A DNA stretch of 64,000 bases from an uncultured delta proteobacterium. Lineage in GTDB: Bacteria > Desulfobacterota > Binatia > Binatales > Binataceae. The stretch is from positions 512,001 to 576,000 of the forward strand of contig CAWCDG010000004.1 of assembly GCA_963794325.1 (NCBI GenBank), in the 5' to 3' direction. The position numbers and the translations under genes are program-made. This document shows, in pieces, positions 44,889 through 53,765 of the stretch (position 1 is its first letter; each line of letters starts with the position of its first letter). Under the pieces are notes generated by a model. The model did no database searches. It worked only from the letters and a program-made list of their open reading frames with translations, and was not told where the DNA came from.

Positions 44889-46418
44889 TTACGATTTCGC
44901 TCGCGAGCGGGGAATTCCGAGCGCCACCATCAATAGCGGACTCTTTCCCGCGGCGTGAGGTTCGAAAAATTTCGTGGTGTCGTCGTCGTAGAAGGTGAGT
45001 CCAGTCGCGCCGCGGCCGAGCGAATACGCAGCAAGGTATGCGCGGCCGCCGAGAATTCCCGCCTCGAGATGCGCATCGCCATAGCCGCGATTTCCCAACG
45101 CGCCCAGCGCGCGCTCGAGATCGGCCATATAGACCACCAGCGCGGAACAATCCATGCCGAGCGGCTGTTCGAGGCACAGGTATCCCGCCTCGCCGCGGAA
45201 GTTTCCCGGTTTCAGCAACTCGAACGCGTGCGCTGCGCGGTTATAGTAGTACGCGCCGGGCTCTAATCCTTCCGCCGCGTTGACGATCAGGTAAGTGTCA
45301 GTCAGTGGCGGAAAGTCGGCCTGCGGATGGTCGCTCGATGCCGCCATGATCGTCGCGAGTTCTTCGGCGGTAATCGCTTCTTGCGCAAACGCTCGCGACG
45401 ATCCGCGCCGCAAAATTGTTTCACCAAGTCCCGCGGACTCCTCCGACGTGATCGTTTCCAGATGAAGCCCATCCACGCTCGGCGATCGCGGCGTTGGTTC
45501 CACTTTCGCAGTGGCGACCGTCGCGACTTCGTCTGCGGTGACAAGGCGCGACTCGCCATGCATCTTAATGAGATCAGGATACGCGACCTCTTTCGACGAC
45601 AGCGGGATCGATTCCAGCGTTAGTGGCTCGGCCGCAGGTGACGATGCGGCCGGGTCGTCGCTGCGCCCGAGCGCGACCAGCGCGATCATTCCTTCATGCT
45701 CGCCGTCGATTCCAAGCAGCGCTTCGAGCGCGGGATCCTCGAATGCGGTGATCACTTCCGCAGAAATTTCCTCGGCCGCCGCCGCTGCCAGCAGATTCGC
45801 CAGGATAGTTCCCGCGTCCCAATAGCAATACCGGTATGCCCGCGCGCGATACTTCCATTCGCTGCGCCAGTAAATCGCCGACATCGCGATCACCGCGCGC
45901 GCGTTGCGAATCGACGGGCGTTTTGCGGTCGCGTCCGCAATGTACGAGCGCCAGTCGCCGCGACGCAGCCCACACATCCGCAGATCGGCAGGCGAAAAGT
46001 GGTACAGGCCCGCCTCGAGCCCTTCGACCTCTGATGCTGCGACGTAGATCTCGATCGGGTAGAGCGCGCCCGCCGACGCCGCGGCGCGGAAATGATAGTC
46101 GTCCGCGCCGACCCGCTTCTGCCGCGTCAGACCGTCAGCACAAAACAGAATTCTGATCAGCGCGGCCTCGTCGATAGGTGCTGAAAAGTCCGCCGGCACG
46201 TAAGACGACAATGCCGCCAGCGCCGGCGTCGAGGACAGATTGAGATCGCGCGGCAATGCTACCGACGCGGCGCCCGGATAAATCTTGTACGGGATCGGCT
46301 TGATGTCCCAATCGAGGAAGTGCGGCGACGATCGGACGCTGGTGTACGAATGCTTGGTGATCTCGTGGAAGACCCGCGCCGCTTCGATGTAGTCGTTGCC
46401 CATCACTTCTCCAAACAT
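44889..46418 (-). CDS. SagB/ThcOx-type tandem nitroreductase-fold protein
   Basis: R..ASAGALYP.E.Y, WKYRARAYRYCYWDAG, and a second domain R.S.R...RGY...EAG. Confidence 0.85.
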   Translation of the reverse strand: MFGEVMGNDYIEAARVFHEITKHSYTSVRSSPHFLDWDIKPIPYKIYPGAASVALPRDLNLSSTPALAALSSYVPADFSAPIDEAALIRILFCADGLTRQKRVGADDYHFRAAASAGALYPIEIYVAASEVEGLEAGLYHFSPADLRMCGLRRGDWRSYIADATAKRPSIRNARAVIAMSAIYWRSEWKYRARAYRYCYWDAGTILANLLAAAAAEEISAEVITAFEDPALEALLGIDGEHEGMIALVALGRSDDPAASSPAAEPLTLESIPLSSKEVAYPDLIKMHGESRLVTADEVATVATAKVEPTPRSPSVDGLHLETITSEESAGLGETILRRGSSRAFAQEAITAEELATIMAASSDHPQADFPPLTDTYLIVNAAEGLEPGAYYYNRAAHAFELLKPGNFRGEAGYLCLEQPLGMDCSALVVYMADLERALGALGNRGYGDAHLEAGILGGRAYLAAYSLGRGATGLTFYDDDTTKFFEPHAAGKSPLLMVALGIPRSRAKS

Positions 46419-46499
46419 ACCGATCGTTCAAATTGACAGGGTCGCCGCCCGGCGTGCTATACGGATTTCCAGCCACCATCCTCTTCGGGAGAGACTATC

Positions 46500-47426
46500 A
46501 TGGCGAATAAACTGACGCCTTCGGACGTGAAAGGATTATTCGAGAAGCTCAGCAACTGGGGCCGCTGGGGCAAGGAAGACCAGCGCGGTGCGCTGAACTT
46601 TATCACCAATCAAAAACGCACCGCGGCCGCGCGGCTGGTGCAGACTGGCGAGAGCGTATCGATGGCGCTCCCGCTAGCGACGATTCCAGCGCCCGACAAT
46701 CCCACTCCCGTGACTCATCTGATGGTGCAAGCGGGCGCCGACTCGCACGAAGAGGCACTTCCTTATTCGGGTGATTACTTCGCGATCGCGCCGCACGGCA
46801 TGGCGAATACTCACATCGATGCGCTCTGCCATGTGTTCTGGCAGAACAAAATGTACAACGGCTTCGACGCCAGCGAAGTCGGCTCGCATGGCGCGAAGAA
46901 GTGCGCGATCGACGTAACCCGCGCGGGCATCGTCAGTCGCGGCGTCCTGCTCGACATTCCGCGGTTGAAAAAAATTGATTGGATGGAGCCTGGACAAAAA
47001 ATTCTTCCTGAAGATCTCGACGCGGCCGAGAAAGCGCAAAAGGTCCACGTCGAAGAAGGCGACGTGCTGATGATTCGCACCGGCCGCGCCGCGATGCGCA
47101 AAGCCAAAGGCGGATGGGATCCGATGCGCGTCGGACTCCCCGGCCTCGACGCCAGTTGCCTGCCATGGCTCCACGAGCGGCGCATCGCAGTTCTCGGCTG
47201 CGACGCCGTCAGCGACGTCATCCCAAGCGGCTACGATGGCGTCCCGCTTCCGATTCACGTCGGCACGCTGGTCGCGATGGGCATACATCTGATCGACAAC
47301 GCCGACCTCGACGCAGTGTCGTCCACCAGCGCGAAGCTGGGGCGCTACGAGTTCATGTTCTCGATGGCGCCGTTGATCCTCGAGCGCGGAACCGCCTCGC
47401 CGGTGAATCCGCTCGCCATCTTTTGA
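46500..47426 (+). CDS. cyclase-family (kynurenine formamidase-like) metal hydrolase
   Basis: NWGRWG..DQRGALN, HG..THIDALCH, RGVLLD and SPVNPLAIF motifs. Confidence 0.9.
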   Translation: MANKLTPSDVKGLFEKLSNWGRWGKEDQRGALNFITNQKRTAAARLVQTGESVSMALPLATIPAPDNPTPVTHLMVQAGADSHEEALPYSGDYFAIAPHGMANTHIDALCHVFWQNKMYNGFDASEVGSHGAKKCAIDVTRAGIVSRGVLLDIPRLKKIDWMEPGQKILPEDLDAAEKAQKVHVEEGDVLMIRTGRAAMRKAKGGWDPMRVGLPGLDASCLPWLHERRIAVLGCDAVSDVIPSGYDGVPLPIHVGTLVAMGIHLIDNADLDAVSSTSAKLGRYEFMFSMAPLILERGTASPVNPLAIF

Positions 47427-47456
47427 TTAGTAAGTGAGTAATCCGGAGTTGACACT

Positions 47457-48656
47457 ATGAAAACCGAAGCACTGATTATCGATTGCGACGGACATATCCT
47501 CGAACCGCCCGATCTCTGGGAAAAGTATATCGACCCGAAGTATCGCGAACGCGCGATGCGTATTCGTGTCGGCGATGACGGCTTCGAGTATCTCGAAATC
47601 GATCGCAAGCGCGCGAAGATGACGGCGCCCGGACTGCTTGGCTCGCTCGGCGGGATGGGCAAGAAAGTCGAGGACGCGCGAAAACTGCGCGAGAGCGCGA
47701 TGCGCGGCGACACCAATCCCGAGCAGGTGCGGATGCTCGCGCCGAAGCCCGAGAACACTTACCTAAAGGGCGCCGCCTTCGGAACGATGGATATGAAGGA
47801 GCGGCTCGAGTTGCTGAAACGCGAGGGGATGGAGAAATCGATTCTCTATCCCACAATCGGATTGCTGTGGGAGGCCGAGCTTTTCGACGCCGAACTTTCC
47901 GCCGCTTACTGCAAAGCCTACAACCGATGGATTGCCGACTTCTGCCGCGACTCCGGCGGACGATTGATCCCGATTGCGCATCTCTCGCTCGGCGATCCCG
48001 CCGAGGCTGCGCGCGAACTCGAGCGCGCCGTCAAAGACGGATGCAAAGGCGCGTTCGTGTGTCCCTTCACCATCACCCGCGTCCCGCACGGCGACTCGCG
48101 ACACGACGCCGTCTTCTCCGCCGCGCAGGATCTCGATGTACCGCTGGCGATTCATCCGACCTTCGAGCCCGCCAGCTTCGGCATCCACCATCGCTACGAC
48201 AATTTCAGTTGGGCCGCATGGTATTTCGATCTGTTCGCGGGCCAGGGCGTACAGCACGCGTTCGGGACGTTCTTTCAGTTGGGCGTGTTCGACCGATTTC
48301 CGAAATTGCGGGTAGTGGTACTGGAATCGCAAGCCGGATGGATCGGCTACTTCCTCGATCGCGGCGACGCAATCTTCAACGGCACGACGCTCGGCGCGAC
48401 GGTCCGCCTCAAGGAGAAGCCGTCGTACTACTTCAAGCGCCAGTGCTACATCTCAGCCGATCCCGACGAACGTACTATTGCGGCGATGATGCAGATTGTC
48501 GGCGAGGACAAATTTTTCTGGGCGACTGACTATCCGCATCCCGACCATCCCGGAAATTATCTGGAAGAGCTTAAGGGCATGATCGCGCCAATGAAGGACT
48601 CGGGACGCCGCGGGATCCTCGGCGAAAACGTCGCGCGCGCATACCAACTGAGGTAG
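47457..48656 (+). CDS. amidohydrolase_2 family protein
   Basis: DCDGH, YNRW, GVFDRFPKL and ATDYPHPD motifs. Confidence 0.9.
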   Translation: MKTEALIIDCDGHILEPPDLWEKYIDPKYRERAMRIRVGDDGFEYLEIDRKRAKMTAPGLLGSLGGMGKKVEDARKLRESAMRGDTNPEQVRMLAPKPENTYLKGAAFGTMDMKERLELLKREGMEKSILYPTIGLLWEAELFDAELSAAYCKAYNRWIADFCRDSGGRLIPIAHLSLGDPAEAARELERAVKDGCKGAFVCPFTITRVPHGDSRHDAVFSAAQDLDVPLAIHPTFEPASFGIHHRYDNFSWAAWYFDLFAGQGVQHAFGTFFQLGVFDRFPKLRVVVLESQAGWIGYFLDRGDAIFNGTTLGATVRLKEKPSYYFKRQCYISADPDERTIAAMMQIVGEDKFFWATDYPHPDHPGNYLEELKGMIAPMKDSGRRGILGENVARAYQLR

Positions 48657-48668
48657 CCAGCCGCAATA

Positions 48669-49832
48669 CTACTTGGCGCCGGCTACCATCGCGTCGATCG
48701 TGATCGGGATTTCGAACGCGACCTTCTGCGGCAGTTTGCAGATCTGATCGCTGCATTCCTGGAAACGAAGCGTCCCCTTGAGCTTGTACTCGCCGGGTTT
48801 GAGACCCGACTTGATTACGACTCTGCCGAAGGCGCGCATCGTTCCTGAATACACCGGCAATGTCTCGCCCAGCGATTTGAACTCGACCGGCGTGGCCTTC
48901 GGAAAATCAAACGACTGCGCACTTACTGTCTCGGGCTCGAATTCCAACGCGGTCGCCACATAGTTATCCGGAAGCGGCTGGCCATAGATATGCCATCCCG
49001 AAGGAATCTCGAACTCGGCCGAGACACCGAGCTCCCGGCCGGGCACCGCGCGGTCGGATGAGATGCGGATAGTCGCTCGAATGTCATCGGCATTAATCGC
49101 GATTCCACGAGCATCGGCGGCGACCCCAAAGTTCTTCAGCAGCACTTCCGACGCAGCCGGCCTGGTCTCATAGTTCGGAAGGAAATGCTTGTCGCGCACC
49201 GTGCCGTTGGCGTCGATCAGGTAGTCTCCGGGAAATGGAATCCCGTAAAACGGATGTCCTTCAGGAATGTTGGCATTCAGGATTCCGTACTTTCGGATGA
49301 CCACGCTGCCCTTGTCCGACAGCATCGGATATTTAATCTGATAGGCGTCAGCAAATCGCTTCAGCGTCGTCGGCGGGTCGTAGGTGATCGACGCGACCTT
49401 GACGCCCTGCTTTTCCAGCCCCGCGCGCGATTGTTCCAGCTCAACGAGCTGGCTTCTGCAGTAGGGTCACCAATCCGCGCTGCGGCTGAACACCAGCAGC
49501 AGTCCATTGCGCCCCATGAGATCGTGGAGCGACCATTGCTTGCCGTTCTGATCGGCGAGTTCGAAGTCCGGAACCCGCTCGCCAATATTGGGCCCCGTCT
49601 TCAGGTCATCGTTCTGCGCGCGAACGAAATCCTTCCAGTCGGCCGGATCGATCTTCTTCCCCGAACCGAAGCTCATCGGCACTTCGGTCAGCACTTTTAT
49701 TTTGCGCGCGGTATCCAGTTTCGAATCGATCGGCGGTCCGCTGGCTCCTGATGTACTCATCGCGATCCCTCTAATCGTGAATAATGCGAGCGCTGCAATC
49801 GCGACTCGGCCAAGCCGACGCAGTCTCATCAT
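48669..49832 (-). CDS. predicted selenoprotein: AhpC/TSA-like redoxin (UxxC) fused to a DsbD-N domain; in-frame TGA at 49467-49469
   Basis: ORFs 49467-49904 and 48669-49325 share a frame and join as RSADW-U-PYCRSQLVEL with no other stop; SECIS-like hairpin follows; C-terminal WHIY...QECSDQIC. Confidence 0.85.
49436..49466 (-). promoter_or_regulatory. bacterial SECIS-like element
   Basis: UGA, then 14 nt, then stem CCAGCUC-GUU-GAGCUGG with a G-first apical loop. Confidence 0.7.
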
Positions 49833-49991
49833 AACAACACTTGCATTACCCTTGCTGGAATTCCAGCGGCGAAACTTCCTGCGTCCGGTACGCCGCGCCA
49901 GCATTGACGCGGCGTTGAGAAAAACTCAATCTGCTGCGCAGCGTCGCAGCGTTGTCTATACTCTGCGACCATCCGTTCGAGGGAGGACACT

Positions 49992-50540
49992 ATGCCCCGT
50001 CCGAGGAACCATCGCCATTCACCAACTTCGCTAGCCGCGCTTGCGTCGATCGCGATGCTGTTCGCCTGCGCCGCTGCTGCGTGCAATTCGCAGTCGTTCC
50101 AATATGCGGCGTCCGAATCGATGCCGGTGGTTCCGCCGACGCCCGTGCAAGCGCCCCCGCCGCCGATGAACGTCGCGCGATTACTCAATGGAAACTGGAT
50201 GGCCACTTATCCGGGCGGCCCGCTTCGAGTGGTGATCACCCTGGATCCGATGCTGCGCGGGCGCAACTACGTTGCGACCCTGGTCGATGGCAACAAAACT
50301 CTCCCCGCCGGCGAGGTCGTGTGGCGCGGAAGGTTGGATCAAAACGTCACCGGCATCGTGAATGCCAAACAGCTATGCGCCGATAACGGACTGCCGCTGG
50401 CGCGACAGGTGCCGGTGCGAATCCTCGTCAGCGACGCGAGTCACTTCAGCGAAGAACTCGTCAATCCAGGTGACTGCCACGGATTCCCGGTGAAATACAC
50501 CCGCGTCGGCCCGCCACCGACAGCGCCGGTTAAGGACTGA
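49992..50540 (+). CDS. putative lipoprotein/secreted hypothetical protein
   Basis: GGAGG RBS, hydrophobic signal ending AAAC, Pro-rich linker. Confidence 0.7.
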   Translation: MPRPRNHRHSPTSLAALASIAMLFACAAAACNSQSFQYAASESMPVVPPTPVQAPPPPMNVARLLNGNWMATYPGGPLRVVITLDPMLRGRNYVATLVDGNKTLPAGEVVWRGRLDQNVTGIVNAKQLCADNGLPLARQVPVRILVSDASHFSEELVNPGDCHGFPVKYTRVGPPPTAPVKD

Positions 50541-50573
50541 AACGAAAAATAGGCGTCGCGTCAGCGCTAGCAA

Positions 50574-50610
50574 CCTAACCCCTAACCCCTTCCCGAGCGG
50601 GAAGGGGAAC
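50574..50610. repeat. REP-like palindrome family A, copy 3
   Basis: Same as 2701-2737 except loop GAGC; lies between convergent genes. Confidence 0.85.
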
Positions 50611-50688
50611 CGGAGTGTGGGAGGCTTGCGCCGTCGCGAGCAGCGCGAGCCTCTCTGGCATCCTGACGACGCGGGCAACGCGATTTTT

Positions 50689-50734
50689 GTGTCATCCTGA
50701 CGGAGCGAGCAACGCGAGCGGCTGGAAGGATCTC
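50689..50734. repeat. REP-like element family C (TGTCATCCTGA...GAAGGATCTC)
   Basis: Resembles the widespread GTCATCCTGAGC..GAAGGATCT palindromic repeats; partial copy GCATCCTGAC just upstream. Confidence 0.5.
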
Positions 50735-50810
50735 GGACAGCTTCGCGTCAGCGAAGCCGGTTCCGGTATCTGAAATCGCGCGCCGCGCGCGCTCCACTGC
50801 CGGCGCGTCG

Positions 50811-52004
50811 CTATACCAGCATCCCGGCCTGCACCACCGTCGGTCCGTCGCTCTTCGGAATCTTTGGCTCGCGCTTGCGCTTCATCGCCTTGTCGAGAAT
50901 CGGCGCGATTCGCTCGGCCTTCTGATGCGCCCGCTTTTGCTCGCGCTCCTTGAACTCCGGCATCACCTTCTCTGCGAACAGGTTGAGCGACGAGCAAATA
51001 TCCTCGTGCTTGTTGTTGCCCGCCTGCGAGATGAACACGACCTGGTCGACGCCGACTTCCTCGTACTCGCGCAGCCGCGTGCGAATCTGATCGGGCGATC
51101 CGACGCACGAGTTGGTGCCGTCCATTCCTGGCAGCGTGAACGGGCTCGCTTTGAAATTGCTCCAGATGTCGGTCTTGCCCGGCTCGTGCCTCCCGAACGC
51201 ATAGTGATGTCCCAGCGCGTAGGAGAAAAACTTCAGCCCCTCTTCGCCCATCTTGTGCGCCAGCTCCGCATTCTCGTCGCACATGAAGCCGGTGACGATC
51301 GCGATGTTCGGGTTGATTGCGTATCCGATCGGCTCGCACTCGTTCTCGAGCGTCGTGTAGTAGTCGGTGACCCAGGTCCGCGCTTCTTCCGGCGACACGA
51401 AGGCAAACGTCAGCGCGCCGATTCCGAGCTTGGCCGCCAGATGAATCGTCTCGCGCCGCGAACATGCGACCCACAGCGGCGGATGCGGTTTCTGCACCGG
51501 CTTCGGCACCACGTTGCGCACCGGCATCGAGAAGTACTTGCCCTCATGCCCAAGAAACGGATCCTCGACGAACATCCGCGCGATCGCCCCGAGCGACTCC
51601 TGCCACATCTCGCGCTTGTCGGCGCGCGGAATGTGAAAGCCGCCCAGCTCCAGCTCCGCCGACGATTCGCCGGTGCCGAACTCGACACGCCCGCCGCTCA
51701 CCAAATCGAGCGTCGCGATGCGCTCCGCGACGCGCGCGGGATGATTGTAGCCCGGCGGCAGCAGCACGATCCCATGCCCGAGCCGAATCTGCTTGGTCCG
51801 CTGACTCGCCGCAGCCAAAAAAATCTCCGGCGCCGACGAATGCGCGTATTCCTCGAGAAAGTGATGCTCGACTTCCCACATATGGTCGATGCCGAGTTTG
51901 TCCGCGAGCTCAACCTGGTCGAGCGCGTCCTTAAACAGCTTCAGCTCCGCGCCCTCCTTCCACGGCCGCGGCAACTGATGCTCATAAAAAGTTCCCAACT
52001 TCAT
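50811..52004 (-). CDS. LLM-class flavin-dependent oxidoreductase
   Basis: VEHHFLEEYAHSSAPE, HPARVAERIATLD and PKPVQKPHPPLW motifs. Confidence 0.9.
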   Translation of the reverse strand: MKLGTFYEHQLPRPWKEGAELKLFKDALDQVELADKLGIDHMWEVEHHFLEEYAHSSAPEIFLAAASQRTKQIRLGHGIVLLPPGYNHPARVAERIATLDLVSGGRVEFGTGESSAELELGGFHIPRADKREMWQESLGAIARMFVEDPFLGHEGKYFSMPVRNVVPKPVQKPHPPLWVACSRRETIHLAAKLGIGALTFAFVSPEEARTWVTDYYTTLENECEPIGYAINPNIAIVTGFMCDENAELAHKMGEEGLKFFSYALGHHYAFGRHEPGKTDIWSNFKASPFTLPGMDGTNSCVGSPDQIRTRLREYEEVGVDQVVFISQAGNNKHEDICSSLNLFAEKVMPEFKEREQKRAHQKAERIAPILDKAMKRKREPKIPKSDGPTVVQAGMLV

Positions 52005-52015
52005 TTTTTCAGTAC

Positions 52016-52708
52016 CTATTCCTTTGATGTTTGAGGCGTTTGCGGGTTCGCCGTAAACAGCGTGCGCTCGACCATGTCGATCACTTCGCGCTTGCGCCGC
52101 TCGATCATCGCGGGCTCGAGCAGGTTCATGCTCCACAGCCGCCGGATCATCGCCGCGGTCGTGAAGTAGCCAATCGTGATCGAGTTCAGGCTCCACATGA
52201 AATGCAGCGGATCGACTTCGGCGCGGAACTCGCCGTCGCGCTGTCCGCGAAAAATAAAATTCACCGCGATCGAAAACAGCGGCGGCAGCCGCCGCTTGAG
52301 CACTTGCCGCCCGACGCCGCTTTCGTCGGCCATCTCCTTCCACATGATACGCACGAAATCCGGATGGCTCGCGATAAAATCGATCGCGTCGCCGACCGCC
52401 TGGCGCATCCGCTCCTGCCGGCTCTCGCGCCCCCACGCAATCGCATTGGCCGCGTCCTCGAGACTCTCGAACATCTTGTCGAGCACCGAAAGGTAGAGCT
52501 GCTGCTTCGACGGAAAATGATGCAACAGCGACGGCGCCTTAATCCCAATCCGCTTCGCGATATCGCGCAAACTGGTCCCACGATACCCGCGCTCGGCAAA
52601 CAACACCTGCGCCACCTGCAAAACGCGGTCGCGCGTATCAGCAGGCCGCCGCAGGTCGACAACCTTGGCGGTGGCGCGAGAGGATGAACCTTTAGAAACG
52701 CTCCGCAT
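52016..52708 (-). CDS. TetR/AcrR-family transcriptional regulator
   Basis: LFAERGY.GTSLRDIA..GI..PSLLHHF.SK HTH. Confidence 0.92.
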   Translation of the reverse strand: MRSVSKGSSSRATAKVVDLRRPADTRDRVLQVAQVLFAERGYRGTSLRDIAKRIGIKAPSLLHHFPSKQQLYLSVLDKMFESLEDAANAIAWGRESRQERMRQAVGDAIDFIASHPDFVRIMWKEMADESGVGRQVLKRRLPPLFSIAVNFIFRGQRDGEFRAEVDPLHFMWSLNSITIGYFTTAAMIRRLWSMNLLEPAMIERRKREVIDMVERTLFTANPQTPQTSKE

Positions 52709-52720
52709 TGACGTGTAAAA

Positions 52721-52749
52721 AATCTATCTAACGCCTGTTAGGGAGTCAA
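52721..52749 (-). promoter_or_regulatory. sigma70 promoter of tetR-LLM with an operator palindrome in the spacer
   Basis: TTGACT-17 bp-TAGATT; CTAAC-N4-GTTAG at 52728-52741. Confidence 0.65.
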
Positions 52750-52827
52750 ACTACGCTGCCCGCCGCGCAATTAAGAACTTAGGAGGCTATCCAAAACCGG
52801 AAGCCCGTCGCGAATCGTCTCGATTAG

Positions 52828-53097
52828 CTACGCAGTTTTGAGCAGGTCTTCCCGTACCGCTTTGACTTCCTTGCGCACTGCCTGCCGTATCACGGTTTCA
52901 AGTCGGGCACCCCGGATGTGTTCGCGCAACGCGTCGTTGATCAGAGTCTGATAGTTGCCGCCGCCGGCGCGGTCCACCTTCGCCAGGAAGTGCTCGATGA
53001 TGTCGTTGTCCAGACGTATCGTGACCCGGGTCTTTCCTGGCGTCGACGGTACTATCGGACCTCGGCGCGCCTTGTGGAAATCGTATTCTTTCTTCAT
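52828..53097 (-). CDS. BrnA-family antitoxin
   Basis: MKKEYDF, RVTIRLD..I..F and YQTLIN.ALR motifs. Confidence 0.88.
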   Translation of the reverse strand: MKKEYDFHKARRGPIVPSTPGKTRVTIRLDNDIIEHFLAKVDRAGGGNYQTLINDALREHIRGARLETVIRQAVRKEVKAVREDLLKTA

Positions 53098-53366
53098 CCG
53101 CTTCTTTCCTCGTACTGAGACCGCTCATTTCGCGTGGCCTTGCGGGCAGAAATGATTCTGATCCGATCGGCGCGCGTCGTGTAAACGACGACCAGGACTT
53201 TTCCCAAAGAGCTGACCCCGAGCGCGACGAATCGTTCCTCGTCCGGCGCGTCGTCTGCCACCATCAGCATCGCTTCGTCCTCGAAGACGGTCATCGCCTC
53301 GGCAAAACGTACCCGATGTTTTCGCAGGTTGCTCCCGGCCTTATCGGGATCCCACTCAAATTGCAC
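53094..53366 (-). CDS. BrnT-family toxin
   Basis: FEWDPDK..NLRKH.V.F, EERF and IRIISARKAT..E; overlaps the antitoxin start. Confidence 0.9.
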   Translation of the reverse strand: MQFEWDPDKAGSNLRKHRVRFAEAMTVFEDEAMLMVADDAPDEERFVALGVSSLGKVLVVVYTTRADRIRIISARKATRNERSQYEERSG

Positions 53367-53483
53367 AACCCGCCCCTGTGCATATTTGTACACGAACTCG
53401 GTATCGGCGTCCACTCCAGGCCGACCGGACGGTTCGCCTCAGCGGAATCCGCGGCGCAACGGACAATCGCGCCGCGGAAACGT

Positions 53484-53522
53484 CCCCCACCCTAGCCCTC
53501 CCCCCACGAACGGGGGAGGGAA
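53484..53522. repeat. diverged family A repeat
   Basis: CCCCACCCTAGCCCTCCCCC-N-GGGGGAGGG hairpin. Confidence 0.6.
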
Positions 53523-53702
53523 TCAGAAATCAGAGCCTTCGGTTCGGCGGTACGGAATGAGCAAAAGGACAATCCATTTTCGCTTTATAACTGCGCCGCC
53601 AACGTAGTAAGTTTCGTTCGAAGGAACCGGCACAAATATACGGAAGCGTTCCTCACATAAATCCTTCGCGAAAGACGCGCTGCGCGGATTTCGCGTCTTC
53701 AC

Positions 53703-53728
53703 ACTGGGTGCAGGGGTCACCCCTGCCG
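53703..53728. repeat. family B repeat, core copy
   Basis: ACTGGGTGCAGGGGTCACCCCTGCCG. Confidence 0.8.
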
Positions 53729-53765
53729 CTCACCGCGCAGGTGATTTTCCGGGGAGGTGTCTTAG

